Below are positions 27,549 to 37,450 of a stretch of 37,450 bases of DNA, piece after piece; within the stretch, counting starts at the first letter, position 1; every line of letters starts with the position of its first letter. The stretch is from Fidelibacterota bacterium (GTDB taxonomy: Bacteria > Fidelibacterota > UBA2242): the NCBI GenBank assembly GCA_049975265.1, contig JBNGDF010000024.1, forward strand, positions 1 through 37,450, read 5' to 3'. Under the pieces are notes generated by a model, which ran no database searches, was not told the DNA's origin, and saw only the letters and a list, made by a program, of their open reading frames with translations. Position numbers and translations under genes: made by a program.

Positions 27549-27820
27549 AAACGCACCTCAAAGGATTTATATCCGTAGAGATCCGTTGAGGTATTTACAC
27601 TGACACCGGTCACTCTGGAAAATGACGGTCCGATTTTTAATTCTTTAATAAAATCCCGTACCAGACCCTCTTCCCCTTCGACTTCACAAAGCACATTCCC
27701 GTTCGGTAAATTCCTCACATACCCTGTCAATCCGTACTGCCGGGCGCGGCGCTGCGCAAAATAACGGTAACCGACTCCCTGTACCATCCCTTTGATGACT
27801 ACCTCAGCATGGACTTGCAT
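27545..27820 (-). CDS. acyP: Acylphosphatase
   Basis: GMVQGVGYR and GYVRNLPNGNV; likely start MQVHA at 27820 (track start 27838). Confidence 0.93.
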   Translation of the reverse strand: MQVHAEVVIKGMVQGVGYRYFAQRRARQYGLTGYVRNLPNGNVLCEVEGEEGLVRDFIKELKIGPSFSRVTGVSVNTSTDLYGYKSFEVRF

Positions 27821-28274
27821 CTCGTTCCCGCAATACAAAACGGACTGCTTCCTCCGCTGTTTTTACCGATGGCATCTCAGCAATATCCCAGCTCCCGATA
27901 CTTACCACCGGCACACCGAACTGCTTACAGTAGGCAATTTCCGAAAGTGTCCCGTAACTCCCTCCCACGGCAATCGCAGCCGTGGCTGAGCGGGCGATGA
28001 TAGCGTTCCGCGCCAGTCCGATTCCCGTCGCAATCGGTACCGTAACCCAGGGATTGGCATCCCGAATATCGTCGCCGGGTAAAATACCCACCGTGATTCC
28101 GCCGGCTTCTGCGGCACCGCGACAGGCGGCTTCCATAATTCCCGAACGTCCGCCACAGACCAAAATTCCCCTGTTTTCTGCAATCAAACGTCCCACTTCC
28201 AGGGCGATTTCATACTGCTCATCACTGCACTCCCGACCGCCGATGACGGCAATGATTTTCGGCGCTTTGGTCAT
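27804..28274 (-). CDS. TIGR00725 family (LOG-like Rossmann-fold nucleotide-binding) protein
   Basis: IAVIGG, CGGRSGIMEAACRGA, GILPG, TGIGLARN and GSYGTLSEI. Confidence 0.88.
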   Translation of the reverse strand: MTKAPKIIAVIGGRECSDEQYEIALEVGRLIAENRGILVCGGRSGIMEAACRGAAEAGGITVGILPGDDIRDANPWVTVPIATGIGLARNAIIARSATAAIAVGGSYGTLSEIAYCKQFGVPVVSIGSWDIAEMPSVKTAEEAVRFVLRERDASPC

Positions 28275-29566
28275 GGTTTTAACCGGTAAATAGTGCGGGC
28301 GAAGGGAATCACCTCACGAATGTGTTTCGTACCGGACAGCCACTGGACGAGCCGCTCAAGACCGATTCCAAAGCCGCTGTGGGGAACGGAGCCGTATTTT
28401 CGCAGGTCCAGATACCACTGATAGTCATCCAAGGGCATATTCTCCGCCACCATCCGTTGATAGAGCAGTTCGTAATCGTCCTCCCTCTGGGAACCGCCAA
28501 TGATCTCACCGAATCCTTCCGGTGCAATCAGGTCGGCACCCAGCACGAGGTCCGGATTTTCCCGATCCCGCTTCATATAAAAGGCTTTGATCTCCTTGGG
28601 CCATTTCTCCACAAAAACCGGCACGTCGGAGTTTTCGGTCAGCAGCACCTCATCTTTCGCACCCAGATCACTCTCTGCATCAATGTCCGAGCCCTGTGAA
28701 CGCAAAAAGGCGATCGCCTCCGCATGAGTCATTCGTCCGAACGGCGCATCGGCTTTTCTCAACTGAGCGGTGTCCCGCTCCAGGATTTCCAAATCATCCG
28801 GATTTTTCTCTAGCACGGCGTTGATCACGAAACGGATTAACTCCTCCTGAATTTTCAGGTTTTGTTCATGCTCCACGAAAGCGGCTTCGGCGTCCATCAT
28901 CCAAAATTCCGTCAGATGCTTACGGGTCTTGGATTTTTCCGCCCGAAAAACCGGACCGAAGTCATATACCCGCCCCAGACTCATAATGCCCGCCTCCAGA
29001 TAGAGCTGTCCGCTTTGTGACAGATAGGCATTTCCCAGCTCAAAATAGGGTACGCTGAAAAGGGTCGTCGTGCCTTCACAGGCATTCGGCGTCAGCAGCG
29101 GTGAATCGAACCGGTAAAAGCCGTTTTGATTCAGATAATCGGTAATTGCATAATAAACCGTGTGGCGAATTCGCAAGACAGCCCACTGCTTACTTGATCG
29201 CAGCCAGAGATGCCGATTGTCCATTAAAAATTCGACGCCGTGCTCCTTGAGTGTAATCGGATACTCCCCGGCAATCTGCACCACCTCAATATCCCGGACG
29301 ACAATTTCATAGCCGCCCGGCGAGCGTCGGTCAGCGTGGATCAGACCGCGCACAATGATAGATGACTCCTGCGTCAATTCGTTCTCTTTATTAAAAACTT
29401 CCTCGCTAACCTCGTTTTTCAGAACGACACCCTGGATAATGCCGGTGCCGTCCCGCATGATCAGAAACCAGATTTTACCGCTGGAACGTTTGTTATAAAC
29501 CCAGCCCTTTAGAGTTACCTCTTTACCATCGTAATTTTTTACATCCTTAATAAATACCCAATCCAT
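28271..29566 (-). CDS. asnS: Asparagine--tRNA ligase
   Basis: GWVYNKRSSGKIWF..RDGTG, RHLWLRS, CEGTTTLF, YLSQSGQLYLE, FRAEKSKTRKHLTEF, GEIIGGSQRE and PHSGFGIGLER; start probably ATG 29566. Confidence 0.95.
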   Translation of the reverse strand: MDWVFIKDVKNYDGKEVTLKGWVYNKRSSGKIWFLIMRDGTGIIQGVVLKNEVSEEVFNKENELTQESSIIVRGLIHADRRSPGGYEIVVRDIEVVQIAGEYPITLKEHGVEFLMDNRHLWLRSSKQWAVLRIRHTVYYAITDYLNQNGFYRFDSPLLTPNACEGTTTLFSVPYFELGNAYLSQSGQLYLEAGIMSLGRVYDFGPVFRAEKSKTRKHLTEFWMMDAEAAFVEHEQNLKIQEELIRFVINAVLEKNPDDLEILERDTAQLRKADAPFGRMTHAEAIAFLRSQGSDIDAESDLGAKDEVLLTENSDVPVFVEKWPKEIKAFYMKRDRENPDLVLGADLIAPEGFGEIIGGSQREDDYELLYQRMVAENMPLDDYQWYLDLRKYGSVPHSGFGIGLERLVQWLSGTKHIREVIPFARTIYRLKP

Positions 29567-29619
29567 TGAACTTTCTTTCTTCCTGATGTTCTCTGTTATC
29601 AATTACCCATGTCCATAAT

Positions 29620-30150
29620 TTACCAACCGGACAGAATCTGATTGATAATATCTTCTGTAATCCGGTCAATGGCTTCAGTCAACGCCAGATCCCGTGTCCG
29701 ATCGCTGGCACCCGTGGGATCATATTCGCTGTACGCCGTAAAAGTCTTCTTAAAAATGGTTTTGTCCTCCACCTTGTCGTACCACTCCGCTTCAATCTTG
29801 ATCGTCAGTCGATATTCGGTGACCGCTTCGCCGGCTTCATCCCCACGATACACCGACGGTTTGTCATCAATGCTCCGAACCGTACCGTACAAAATCGAAT
29901 GGGCATTGTCTTCCTCTCCCAATTTTAAAATGTTTTCACGGATAAAACCCACCCGAATCTGATCTGTCACAACCTGCTGGATATTGAACTCTGCCGTCTG
30001 GTCGCTGAAAAGGGGAATGGCAATGCTCTTAATATGCGGCGGCAAAGTCCCTTTAAAAGAGTAAAACCAGCAGCCACTGGCGATCATCGCTATATAAAAA
30101 GCCATAATTAAACAGGAGTTTTTAATCCGCACGTTGCACACCCCATTCAC
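29620..30150 (-). CDS. lptE: LPS assembly lipoprotein LptE family
   Basis: Lipobox IASGC, YSFKG..P.HIKSIAIP.F...T and C-terminal I.EDI.N...W; position after the sigma-54 activator resembles the arrangement in Bacteroidota. Confidence 0.75.
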   Translation of the reverse strand: MNGVCNVRIKNSCLIMAFYIAMIASGCWFYSFKGTLPPHIKSIAIPLFSDQTAEFNIQQVVTDQIRVGFIRENILKLGEEDNAHSILYGTVRSIDDKPSVYRGDEAGEAVTEYRLTIKIEAEWYDKVEDKTIFKKTFTAYSEYDPTGASDRTRDLALTEAIDRITEDIINQILSGW

Positions 30151-31355
30151 AGTCCGTACTCCTTGATTTTCCGATATAAGGTTCGTTCGCTGATTTTCAG
30201 AGCGTTCGCCGTCTGCCGTTTGCGGTTATGGAATTTTTTCAGCGTCTTTTCAATTAATTCCCGCTCCACCTCATCCAGTGAAACCTTGCCAAGCATATTG
30301 GGATTGACGACGGATTCATCATCCTCGGCGTATTCCGATTCATCTTCAATTGAATCCTCCTCCTGAACCGGCGGAATATGGCGCTGAATATCTGTCGTTC
30401 GGGGTGCCGATTCCAGCGCCAGCGGCTTATAATCACCGGTCAGTGTACTCTTGATTTCCGCAATATCACGGCGCATCAGCAATATTTGCTGCAGAATCAA
30501 TTCGCGCTCCGCCTGGTCAACACTTTTTGAGACCCGTACAGGCAGATTTGAGGAGATCGGGCGCTTCTCAACACCCAGGCGCCTGGTAACCATCGTGCTG
30601 TTGATAACTTCTCCCTTTTCCAGTACGATCATACTCTCCACAAAATTCTTTAATTCCCGCACATTGCCCGGCCAGCGATAGTTCTCCATTATGTGCAACG
30701 CATTGGGTGAAAAACCCTTAAAAGGGATATTGTTGCGGTTGGCAAATTCCAGCGCAAAACGTTCGATCAACAGGGGAATATCTTCGCTGTGATGCCGCAG
30801 TGGCGGCGCGACAATGGTGATCGTTTTCAGACGGTAATAGAGGTCCTTGCGAAAATTTCCCTTTTCAATCTCCTCTGAAAGATCCTTATTGGTAGCGGCG
30901 ATAATCCGGACATCCACCCTCTTACTTTGGGAACCGCCCACCGGGATGAATTCCCCCAACTCCAGAACCCGCAGCAGCTTCACCTGGGTTTCCACAGGCA
31001 TTTCGCCGATTTCATCGAGAAAAATCGTACCGTTGTTAGCGGTTTCGAAATAGCCCTTGCGGTCCTCAATTGCACCCGTAAAGGAACCTTTGACATGACC
31101 GAACAGCTCGCTTTCCAGGATTCCGGCGGGAATGGCACCACAATTGACTTTGACAAAAGGTTGGTGTTTCCGGCGGCTCATCTTATGCAGTGCATCGGCG
31201 ATCAACTCCTTACCGGTCCCACTCTCACCAGCAATTAATATCGTAATGTCGGTCCCGGCAACCTGATCAATCGTTTCAATAATTTCTTTGATCTTTTCGG
31301 ATTCTCCGATAATGCCAAAACTTTGCTGCAATTTATTCAAACGGGCTTCGCTCAT
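30147..31355 (-). CDS. Sigma-54-dependent Fis-family transcriptional activator without N-terminal sensor domain
   Basis: Walker A GESGTGKE, ESELFGH..GSFTGA, FLDEIGE, FRKDLYYRL, WPGNVREL and C-terminal HTH (ISERTLYRKI). Confidence 0.95.
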   Translation of the reverse strand: MSEARLNKLQQSFGIIGESEKIKEIIETIDQVAGTDITILIAGESGTGKELIADALHKMSRRKHQPFVKVNCGAIPAGILESELFGHVKGSFTGAIEDRKGYFETANNGTIFLDEIGEMPVETQVKLLRVLELGEFIPVGGSQSKRVDVRIIAATNKDLSEEIEKGNFRKDLYYRLKTITIVAPPLRHHSEDIPLLIERFALEFANRNNIPFKGFSPNALHIMENYRWPGNVRELKNFVESMIVLEKGEVINSTMVTRRLGVEKRPISSNLPVRVSKSVDQAERELILQQILLMRRDIAEIKSTLTGDYKPLALESAPRTTDIQRHIPPVQEEDSIEDESEYAEDDESVVNPNMLGKVSLDEVERELIEKTLKKFHNRKRQTANALKISERTLYRKIKEYGL

Positions 31356-31357
31356 TT

Positions 31358-32671
31358 TTACCTCTCGGACATGCTTTTCTTTTCCATAAAAGGACTTCTG
31401 TTCAGGGCGCGCATGCCGATATCGGTTCGGTACTGTTTCCCTTCAAAATCAACTATCTGCACATAATTGTAGGCGCTGTAAACGGCGTCATTCAGACTGT
31501 TGGAAAGAGCGGTGACCCCAAGTACCCGACCACCATTAGTGAGATAGTGCGTACCGTCATGTTTTACCCCTGCCAGAAACGGGATTGCCTTGGAACTTTT
31601 GTAAAGCTCCTCGATTCCGGTAATCACTTTGCCTTTCTCATAAGCACCCGGATAACCTTCTGAAGCCAGAATAACACAGGCGGCATAGCGGTCCGACATT
31701 TCAAACCGCTCTTTGTCCAAATGCCCTTCGGCAATACTCAGCAAAACGTCGCTAAATCCGGATTTTATCAGCGGCACAACGACCTGTGTTTCGGGATCAC
31801 CAAAGCGGACATTGAATTCCACTACCCAGGGTTCTCCCTTATTGACCATCAATCCGCAATACAATACGCCGATGTAGGGTGTGCCCCGCTCCTGCATTCC
31901 TTTCAAAACCGGCTGAATGATCCGCTCCTCGGCTTTCCTGATAATTTCCGGAGTCCCCAGCGGTGCCGGAGCGTAGGCGCCCATACCACCCGTATTCGGT
32001 CCTTCATCGTTATCAAAAATTCGCTTGTAATCCTGCGCCGGCGGCAACAGGATATAATCGTCCCCATCGGTCAATGCAAACAGCGAGAGCTCTTCGCCTT
32101 CCAGAAATTCTTCCACCAGCACCGCTTTCGCAGCGTCACCGAACCGGTTTTCCTCATAAATCGCGAAAACGGCGTCCGCCAAATCCTCCCCATTGCGGAT
32201 TACCAGCGCGCCTTTCCCGGCAGCCAGACCGTCGACCTTAATGACATAGGGAAATGGCTTGGCGTTTGTGACCTCTTCCAGACAATTGCGATCTTCACAG
32301 ATTACATAAGGAGCGGTGGGAATATCATATTCGGACATCAGCTTCTTTGCGAACACCTTGCTGCCTTCCAGCCGGGCGGCATTCTGGGTCGGCCCGAAGA
32401 TTTTTAGATTATGACTGACAAAACGATCCACAATCCCATCCACCAGTGGCTGCTCCGGTCCGACAACCGTCAGATCAATCCCCTTTTCCCGAACGAATTC
32501 AATCAGTTGATCAAACTCACTCTCCGGAATCTCCAGGTTTTCTGCATAGCAGGCTGTGCCGGCATTCCCCGGAGCACAATACAGCTGCGTTACTTCCTCC
32601 GCCTGCGCCAGCTTCCAGACCAATGTACTCTCTCTGCCACCACTGCCAATCACCAAAATTTTCATGGTCAA
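31358..32671 (-). CDS. purD: Phosphoribosylamine--glycine ligase
   Basis: IGSGGRE, APGNAG, VVGPEQPL, EGSK, DGLAAGKG, GPNTGGMGAY, EFNVRFGDPETQ and GGRVL. Confidence 0.97.
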   Translation of the reverse strand: MTMKILVIGSGGRESTLVWKLAQAEEVTQLYCAPGNAGTACYAENLEIPESEFDQLIEFVREKGIDLTVVGPEQPLVDGIVDRFVSHNLKIFGPTQNAARLEGSKVFAKKLMSEYDIPTAPYVICEDRNCLEEVTNAKPFPYVIKVDGLAAGKGALVIRNGEDLADAVFAIYEENRFGDAAKAVLVEEFLEGEELSLFALTDGDDYILLPPAQDYKRIFDNDEGPNTGGMGAYAPAPLGTPEIIRKAEERIIQPVLKGMQERGTPYIGVLYCGLMVNKGEPWVVEFNVRFGDPETQVVVPLIKSGFSDVLLSIAEGHLDKERFEMSDRYAACVILASEGYPGAYEKGKVITGIEELYKSSKAIPFLAGVKHDGTHYLTNGGRVLGVTALSNSLNDAVYSAYNYVQIVDFEGKQYRTDIGMRALNRSPFMEKKSMSER

Positions 32672-32740
32672 TTCCTCACTCTATTTACGCTCCACATACG
32701 AATTCCAACCTTAAATTTCATGAGCGAAATCTCTCTTCTC

Positions 32741-34747
32741 TTACTTCATTAAGAGGGACTTTTTATTCCCGGTAAATTTCGCAATTTCATCCCGCAATTC
32801 CGCCGCTTTTTCGAACTCCAGGGCTTCGGCGGCTTTCAGCATCTCCCGATTCAACAGTTCTAATAATTCCGCCTGCTCCATTTTGTTCCGCCATTGATCG
32901 GTGGACTTCTCTTTTACCGGGTGATATTCATGCTGGATCACATCCGCTACAGCGGTAACTGACATCACATCTGCCACCGATTTATAAATCGTTTTCGGGA
33001 TAATCCCATGTTTTTGATTATACTCCAGCTGGATTTTTCTGCGCCGGTCTACCTCATCCATTACCTTCTGCATGGATTGCGTCATATCGTCGGCGTAAAA
33101 TATCACCTTCCCGTTCACGTTTCGGGCTGCCCGCCCGGAAACCTGCATCAGCGAGCGCTCCGAACGCAAAAAGCCCTCCTTATCGGCATCCAGAATCGCC
33201 ACCAGTGACACTTCCGGCAGGTCGAGCCCCTCCCGCAACAGATTAATTCCCACCAGTACATCAAACTCGCCCAGACGCAAATCCCGCAGAATCTCCACCC
33301 GGTCCAGTGCCTTAATTTCCGAATGCAGGTAGCGCACCCGCAACCCCATATCCCGCAGATATTCCGCTAAATCCTCCGCCATCCGTTTCGTCAGGGTCGT
33401 CACCAAAACCCGTTCCTGACGATCGGTGACCACCCTGATCTCATCAATTAGATCATCTATTTGGTGTTTGGTCGGCTTCATGACGATTTCCGGGTCCAGA
33501 AGACCGGTGGGACGAATAATCTGCTCCACGACTACCCCGTGACTCTGCTCCAGCTCGTAATCCGCCGGTGTCGCCGAGACGAAAATCACCTGACGGATCA
33601 TTTTCTCAAACTCGTAGAACTTCAGCGGACGGTTGTCCAGCGCCGAGGGCAGGCGAAAACCGTACTCCACCAATGTCTCTTTGCGCGAGCGGTCACCGTT
33701 ATACATTGCCCGCAGTTGCGGAATTGTGGCGTGAGATTCATCAATAAACAGCAGCCAGTCATCCTTGAAAAAATCCAGCAGCGTATAGGGTTGCTCACCC
33801 GGTTTGCGTCCGGAAAAATGCCGGGAATAATTTTCAATGCCGGAACAATAGCCCACCTCTTCGATCATCTCCAGATCGAAGAGGGTGCGTTGCTCCAATC
33901 GCTGGGCTTCCAGCAGTTTTCCGGCTTCCCGCAGCTCCGTTAAGCGCTCCTCCAACTCCTCTTCAATCGTCTTTAATGCCCGTTTAACCGTCTCTTCCGA
34001 AGAGATAAAATGCTTCGCCGGGTAAATCACCACCGCCGGCAGTTCATCGATGATCTCACCAGTCAGCGGCTGAAAAGAGTAGATATGTTCCACCTCGTTT
34101 CCGAAAAACTCGATCCGGTAGGCGAAATCCTCATACGCCGGTTGAATCTCGACAATATCGCCCCGCGCCCGAAAGGTACCCCGCTCAAGATTCAGATTAT
34201 TGCGGGAATAAAAAATATCCACCAACCGGGAAAACAGATTTCTGATTCCGATTGGCTCCCCTCTCTTTATTAGTACGATATACCGGCTGTACTCTTCCGG
34301 TGAACCGATGCCGTAAATACAGGAGACACTGGCGACCACGATGACATCCTGGCGGCTGATCAGCGAACTGGTGGTTCGCAGCCGCAACTTATCGATTTCG
34401 TCATTAATCGAAGAATCCTTTTCGATGTATGTGTCGGTCACCGGCAGATAGGCTTCCGGTTGATAGTAATCATAAAAACTGATGAAATACTCCACCGCAT
34501 TTTCCGGGAAAAACGCCTTAAATTCACCATACAGCTGCGCCGCCAGGGTCTTATTATGCGAAATCACCAGCGTCGGTTTCTGAACATTTTGAATGACATG
34601 CGCCATGGTGAAGGTCTTTCCACTGCCGGTGATGCCCAGCAGCGTCTGCGCGTGATCCCTCCGCCGGACACCCTTGGTCAATTCCCTGATCGCCTCCGGC
34701 TGGTCGCCCGTCGGTTCAAGGGTCGTATGCAAACGAAACTCTGCCAT
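32741..34747 (-). CDS. uvrB: Excinuclease ABC subunit B
   Basis: [61 protein letters not shown] and C-terminal UVR domain. Confidence 0.98.
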   Translation of the reverse strand: MAEFRLHTTLEPTGDQPEAIRELTKGVRRRDHAQTLLGITGSGKTFTMAHVIQNVQKPTLVISHNKTLAAQLYGEFKAFFPENAVEYFISFYDYYQPEAYLPVTDTYIEKDSSINDEIDKLRLRTTSSLISRQDVIVVASVSCIYGIGSPEEYSRYIVLIKRGEPIGIRNLFSRLVDIFYSRNNLNLERGTFRARGDIVEIQPAYEDFAYRIEFFGNEVEHIYSFQPLTGEIIDELPAVVIYPAKHFISSEETVKRALKTIEEELEERLTELREAGKLLEAQRLEQRTLFDLEMIEEVGYCSGIENYSRHFSGRKPGEQPYTLLDFFKDDWLLFIDESHATIPQLRAMYNGDRSRKETLVEYGFRLPSALDNRPLKFYEFEKMIRQVIFVSATPADYELEQSHGVVVEQIIRPTGLLDPEIVMKPTKHQIDDLIDEIRVVTDRQERVLVTTLTKRMAEDLAEYLRDMGLRVRYLHSEIKALDRVEILRDLRLGEFDVLVGINLLREGLDLPEVSLVAILDADKEGFLRSERSLMQVSGRAARNVNGKVIFYADDMTQSMQKVMDEVDRRRKIQLEYNQKHGIIPKTIYKSVADVMSVTAVADVIQHEYHPVKEKSTDQWRNKMEQAELLELLNREMLKAAEALEFEKAAELRDEIAKFTGNKKSLLMK

Positions 34748-34939
34748 TTCGGCAGAATTTACAGTGAACAGGCATTAGATACAAGATTCAAGGCACATTT
34801 TGCCGTCTTTCGGAATTGAAAACTCAGGATAAAATTTTATTTCTTTTTCAAAACATCTGGTTATATTAATTTTTCAACGGGTTTGTAATGTATGTATGAT
34901 TTTTTAAATCGATTCCGCAGCCTGCGTTAGATTTACTAT

Positions 34940-34964
34940 TCATCCGCCCATAAAAAGCGGATGA
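34940..34964. promoter_or_regulatory. Perfect 8-bp inverted repeat in the uvrB-thrA divergent region
   Basis: TCATCCGC-CCATAAAAA-GCGGATGA. Confidence 0.45.
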
Positions 34965-35054
34965 CTTCATGTCGACTTTCCACATTTCACCGATCAGCGT
35001 GAAGGTGAATTGTATATCCGGAAAGCCACAAACCGTCAGAGCGAGAGAACGTCA

Positions 35055-37450
35055 GTGAAAGTGTTAAAATTCGGCGGCACATCCGTTACTCAACCGGAAA
35101 ACCTTAAGACGATTTTCCGGATCATCGGCGAAGAGCATAAAGGGGACCGCGCCGTAACGGCGGTTTTCTCGGCACTATCCGGCGTGACCGATGAATTAAT
35201 CACCATCAGTCAGCTGGCTGTCGATAAAGACCAGGCATACCGTGACCACATTCAGCAGCTGACCGCAAGGCATCTGGAATACATTACCGCGCTCTTTCCA
35301 CCGGCTCAGAGAACCGAATTACTGAAAAATATCGAAGCAATGATCACCGAATTACGGGAAATTGTTCACGGCATTTACCTGCTCAAGGAGCTGTCCAATC
35401 GCTCACTCGACCTGGTGATGAGTTTCGGCGAACGCCTTGCCAACACGATTATCGCTGCTTATGGTCAACTTCTGAATTTACCGGTAAAATATACCGACGC
35501 CCGCCGGTTGATCGTCACAGATAACCATTTCGGCGCCGCCCGGGTTCAGATGGATCAGACGGTGTCAAAAATCCGGGCTTATTACGAAGTGGAAACCGGC
35601 ATCCCCGTTGTGACCGGCTTCATTGCCGCCACGGCTGAGGGTGTCACCACGACTCTCGGAAGGGGCGGTTCCGATCTGACGGCATCGCTAATTGCCGCTG
35701 CCCTTGACGCAGAAGAGGTCCAGATTTGGACCGATGTCAATGGTGTCATGTCGGCAAACCCGCATAAGGTCAGGGGTGCCTTTTCACTGCGGGAGCTCAG
35801 CTATGAGGAGGCAATGGAGTTGAGCCATTTCGGAGCGAAAGTGATTCATCCGCCGACAATCCAACCGGCGATGGAAAAAAATATCCCCGTGCGGATTATG
35901 AATACCTTCAATCCGGATTTCGCCGGAACGGTCATCACATCCAGCCCCGGGAACAACGGCGGACCGGTTAAAGGAATTACCTCTATCAGCAACATTGCCC
36001 TGTTAACGGTACAGGGCAGCGGCATGGTCGGCGTCACCGGTATCTCCTCCCGCCTGTTCGGTTCGCTGGCGAAAGCCGATGTCAATGTTATCCTGATCTC
36101 CCAGGCGTCTTCGGAACATTCGATCTGCGTGGCGATTACCCCCGAATCGGTCCCTAAGGCAAAAACTGCTATTGAAGAGGAATTTGCCCTGGAGATCGCC
36201 GTCCACAGGGTGGACCCGGTAATCGTCGAAACAGATTTGACGATTCTGGCAGTGGTCGGCGAACGTATGCGCAAAACCACCGGTCTCGCCGGGCGCCTCT
36301 TCAACGCCCTCGCTGAGAAAGCCGTCAACGTCGTCGCCATTGCCCAGGGGTCATCGGAATTGAACATTTCCATCGTCATTGATCAACGCGACGAGCTAAC
36401 GGCACTTAACGCGATCCACGAAGCCTTCTTTGCCAAACAGTCACAAATCAATCTCTTCATCCTGGGTGTCGGGTTGATCGGTTCGGCATTGCTGAAACAG
36501 ATTCGAGATAATTACCAAACCCTTTTAGCCGAACAAGCCCTCGATCTGAGAGTCATCGGGCTCGCCAACAGCCGCAAAATGCTGATCCGGGAGTCCGGCA
36601 TTGATCTGACATCCTGGAAAACGGCTCTGGACAGGTCGGAATCTGCCAGTGATCTGCCCCTGCTGGTAGAAAAAATCCGCCGGCTTAACCTTAGCAATAA
36701 TGTCGTCGTAGATTGTACCGCCAGCAGTGAAGTGGTCGAATTCTACGACCGCTTTTTCAATGCCCGAATTTCAATAGTCGCCGCGAATAAACTGGCAAAC
36801 GCCGGTTCCTATGAACAGTACCTGAAATTCCGGAATCTGGCAAAAGAGAAAAACGTTCACTATCTCTACGAAACCAATGCCGGCGCGGCGTTGCCGATCA
36901 TCAGCACCCTGCGCGACCTGATTAATTCCGGCGACCAGATTTCCAGAATCGAAGCCATTCTTTCCGGGACAATCAGCTACATCTTCAACAATTTCAGACC
37001 GGGTAAACCCTTCAGCGCCATTGTCAAAGAAGCCCGGTCAAAGGGGTTCACCGAACCCGATCCCCGTGACGATCTCAATGGTCTCGATTTTGCCCGAAAA
37101 TTGCTGATTCTAGCCCGGGAAATCGGCATTCCCATGGAATTAACCGATATTAAGATCGATCCGATTCTTCCGGAAAAATGTCAAAAAGCAAGTACCGTGG
37201 AAGAATTTTTTCAGGAATTGGAAACAGCCGATGTGCATTTCGAAAAAATGATACAACAGGCTGCCGGCAACGGACAGGTGTTGCGCTATATCGCCCGGCT
37301 GGAAAACGAAACTGCGGCAATTACCCTGGAAACAATCGACGCATCTCACCCGTTCTACTCTGTCAAAGGTAGCGACAATATCATTGCTTTCAACACCAGC
37401 CGGTATAGTGAAAATCCCTTGGTCATCAAAGGCGCCGGCGCCAGCGCCGA
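35055..37450 (+). CDS. thrA: Bifunctional aspartate kinase / homoserine dehydrogenase, truncated by the window end and absent from the ORF track
   Basis: Hand translation from GTG 35055: MKVLKFGGTSV, VFSALSGVTD, TTLGRGGSD, WTDVNG, two ACT domains, GVGLIG, VDCTAS, AANK, YETNAGAALP, ILSGT and FTEPDPRDDL (37047, in frame), ending PLVIKGAGASA. Confidence 0.95.
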   Translation, partial: MKVLKFGGTSVTQPENLKTIFRIIGEEHKGDRAVTAVFSALSGVTDELITISQLAVDKDQAYRDHIQQLTARHLEYITALFPPAQRTELLKNIEAMITELREIVHGIYLLKELSNRSLDLVMSFGERLANTIIAAYGQLLNLPVKYTDARRLIVTDNHFGAARVQMDQTVSKIRAYYEVETGIPVVTGFIAATAEGVTTTLGRGGSDLTASLIAAALDAEEVQIWTDVNGVMSANPHKVRGAFSLRELSYEEAMELSHFGAKVIHPPTIQPAMEKNIPVRIMNTFNPDFAGTVITSSPGNNGGPVKGITSISNIALLTVQGSGMVGVTGISSRLFGSLAKADVNVILISQASSEHSICVAITPESVPKAKTAIEEEFALEIAVHRVDPVIVETDLTILAVVGERMRKTTGLAGRLFNALAEKAVNVVAIAQGSSELNISIVIDQRDELTALNAIHEAFFAKQSQINLFILGVGLIGSALLKQIRDNYQTLLAEQALDLRVIGLANSRKMLIRESGIDLTSWKTALDRSESASDLPLLVEKIRRLNLSNNVVVDCTASSEVVEFYDRFFNARISIVAANKLANAGSYEQYLKFRNLAKEKNVHYLYETNAGAALPIISTLRDLINSGDQISRIEAILSGTISYIFNNFRPGKPFSAIVKEARSKGFTEPDPRDDLNGLDFARKLLILAREIGIPMELTDIKIDPILPEKCQKASTVEEFFQELETADVHFEKMIQQAAGNGQVLRYIARLENETAAITLETIDASHPFYSVKGSDNIIAFNTSRYSENPLVIKGAGASA

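Noticed and set aside
35846..37349. Minus-strand ORFs in the track at the right end
   Set aside because: Antisense to the continuous thrA frame, which the track missed because its stop lies outside the window

Overview
Bacterial chromosomal window from an anaerobic diderm organism. The lptE / sigma-54 activator / asnS neighbourhood suggests the FCB superphylum, which is inference only. Nearly all genes lie on the - strand. The right part is housekeeping: sucCD, flavin reductase, MFS transporter, comEC, nadE, acylphosphatase, TIGR00725 protein, asnS, lptE, sigma-54 activator, purD, uvrB, and a divergent, window-truncated thrA that is missing from the ORF track. The left part (about 18217 down to 585) is an apparent 19-gene, ~17.6 kb operon closed by an intrinsic terminator. 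Its order is: two-subunit fumarase, TPR protein, DsrE-like protein, TusA, HdrA fused to a degenerate MvhD domain, HdrC, HdrB, MvhG, MvhA, HdrC, HdrB, HdrA, MvhD, hydrogenase protease, Fe-S subunit, four-helix-bundle gene, fumarate reductase-type flavoprotein with no membrane anchor, and malic enzyme. The best candidate for an undescribed system is a soluble, quinone-independent, electron-bifurcating H2 / ferredoxin / fumarate module. It would use two Hdr complexes and possibly a protein thiol or persulfide carrier (TusA/DsrE) in place of CoM/CoB. A second notable element is an AT-rich four-helix-bundle gene enclosed by inverted heptamer arrays, with a related ORF-less array 1.6 kb away. All calls come from reading motifs by eye; no searches were run.
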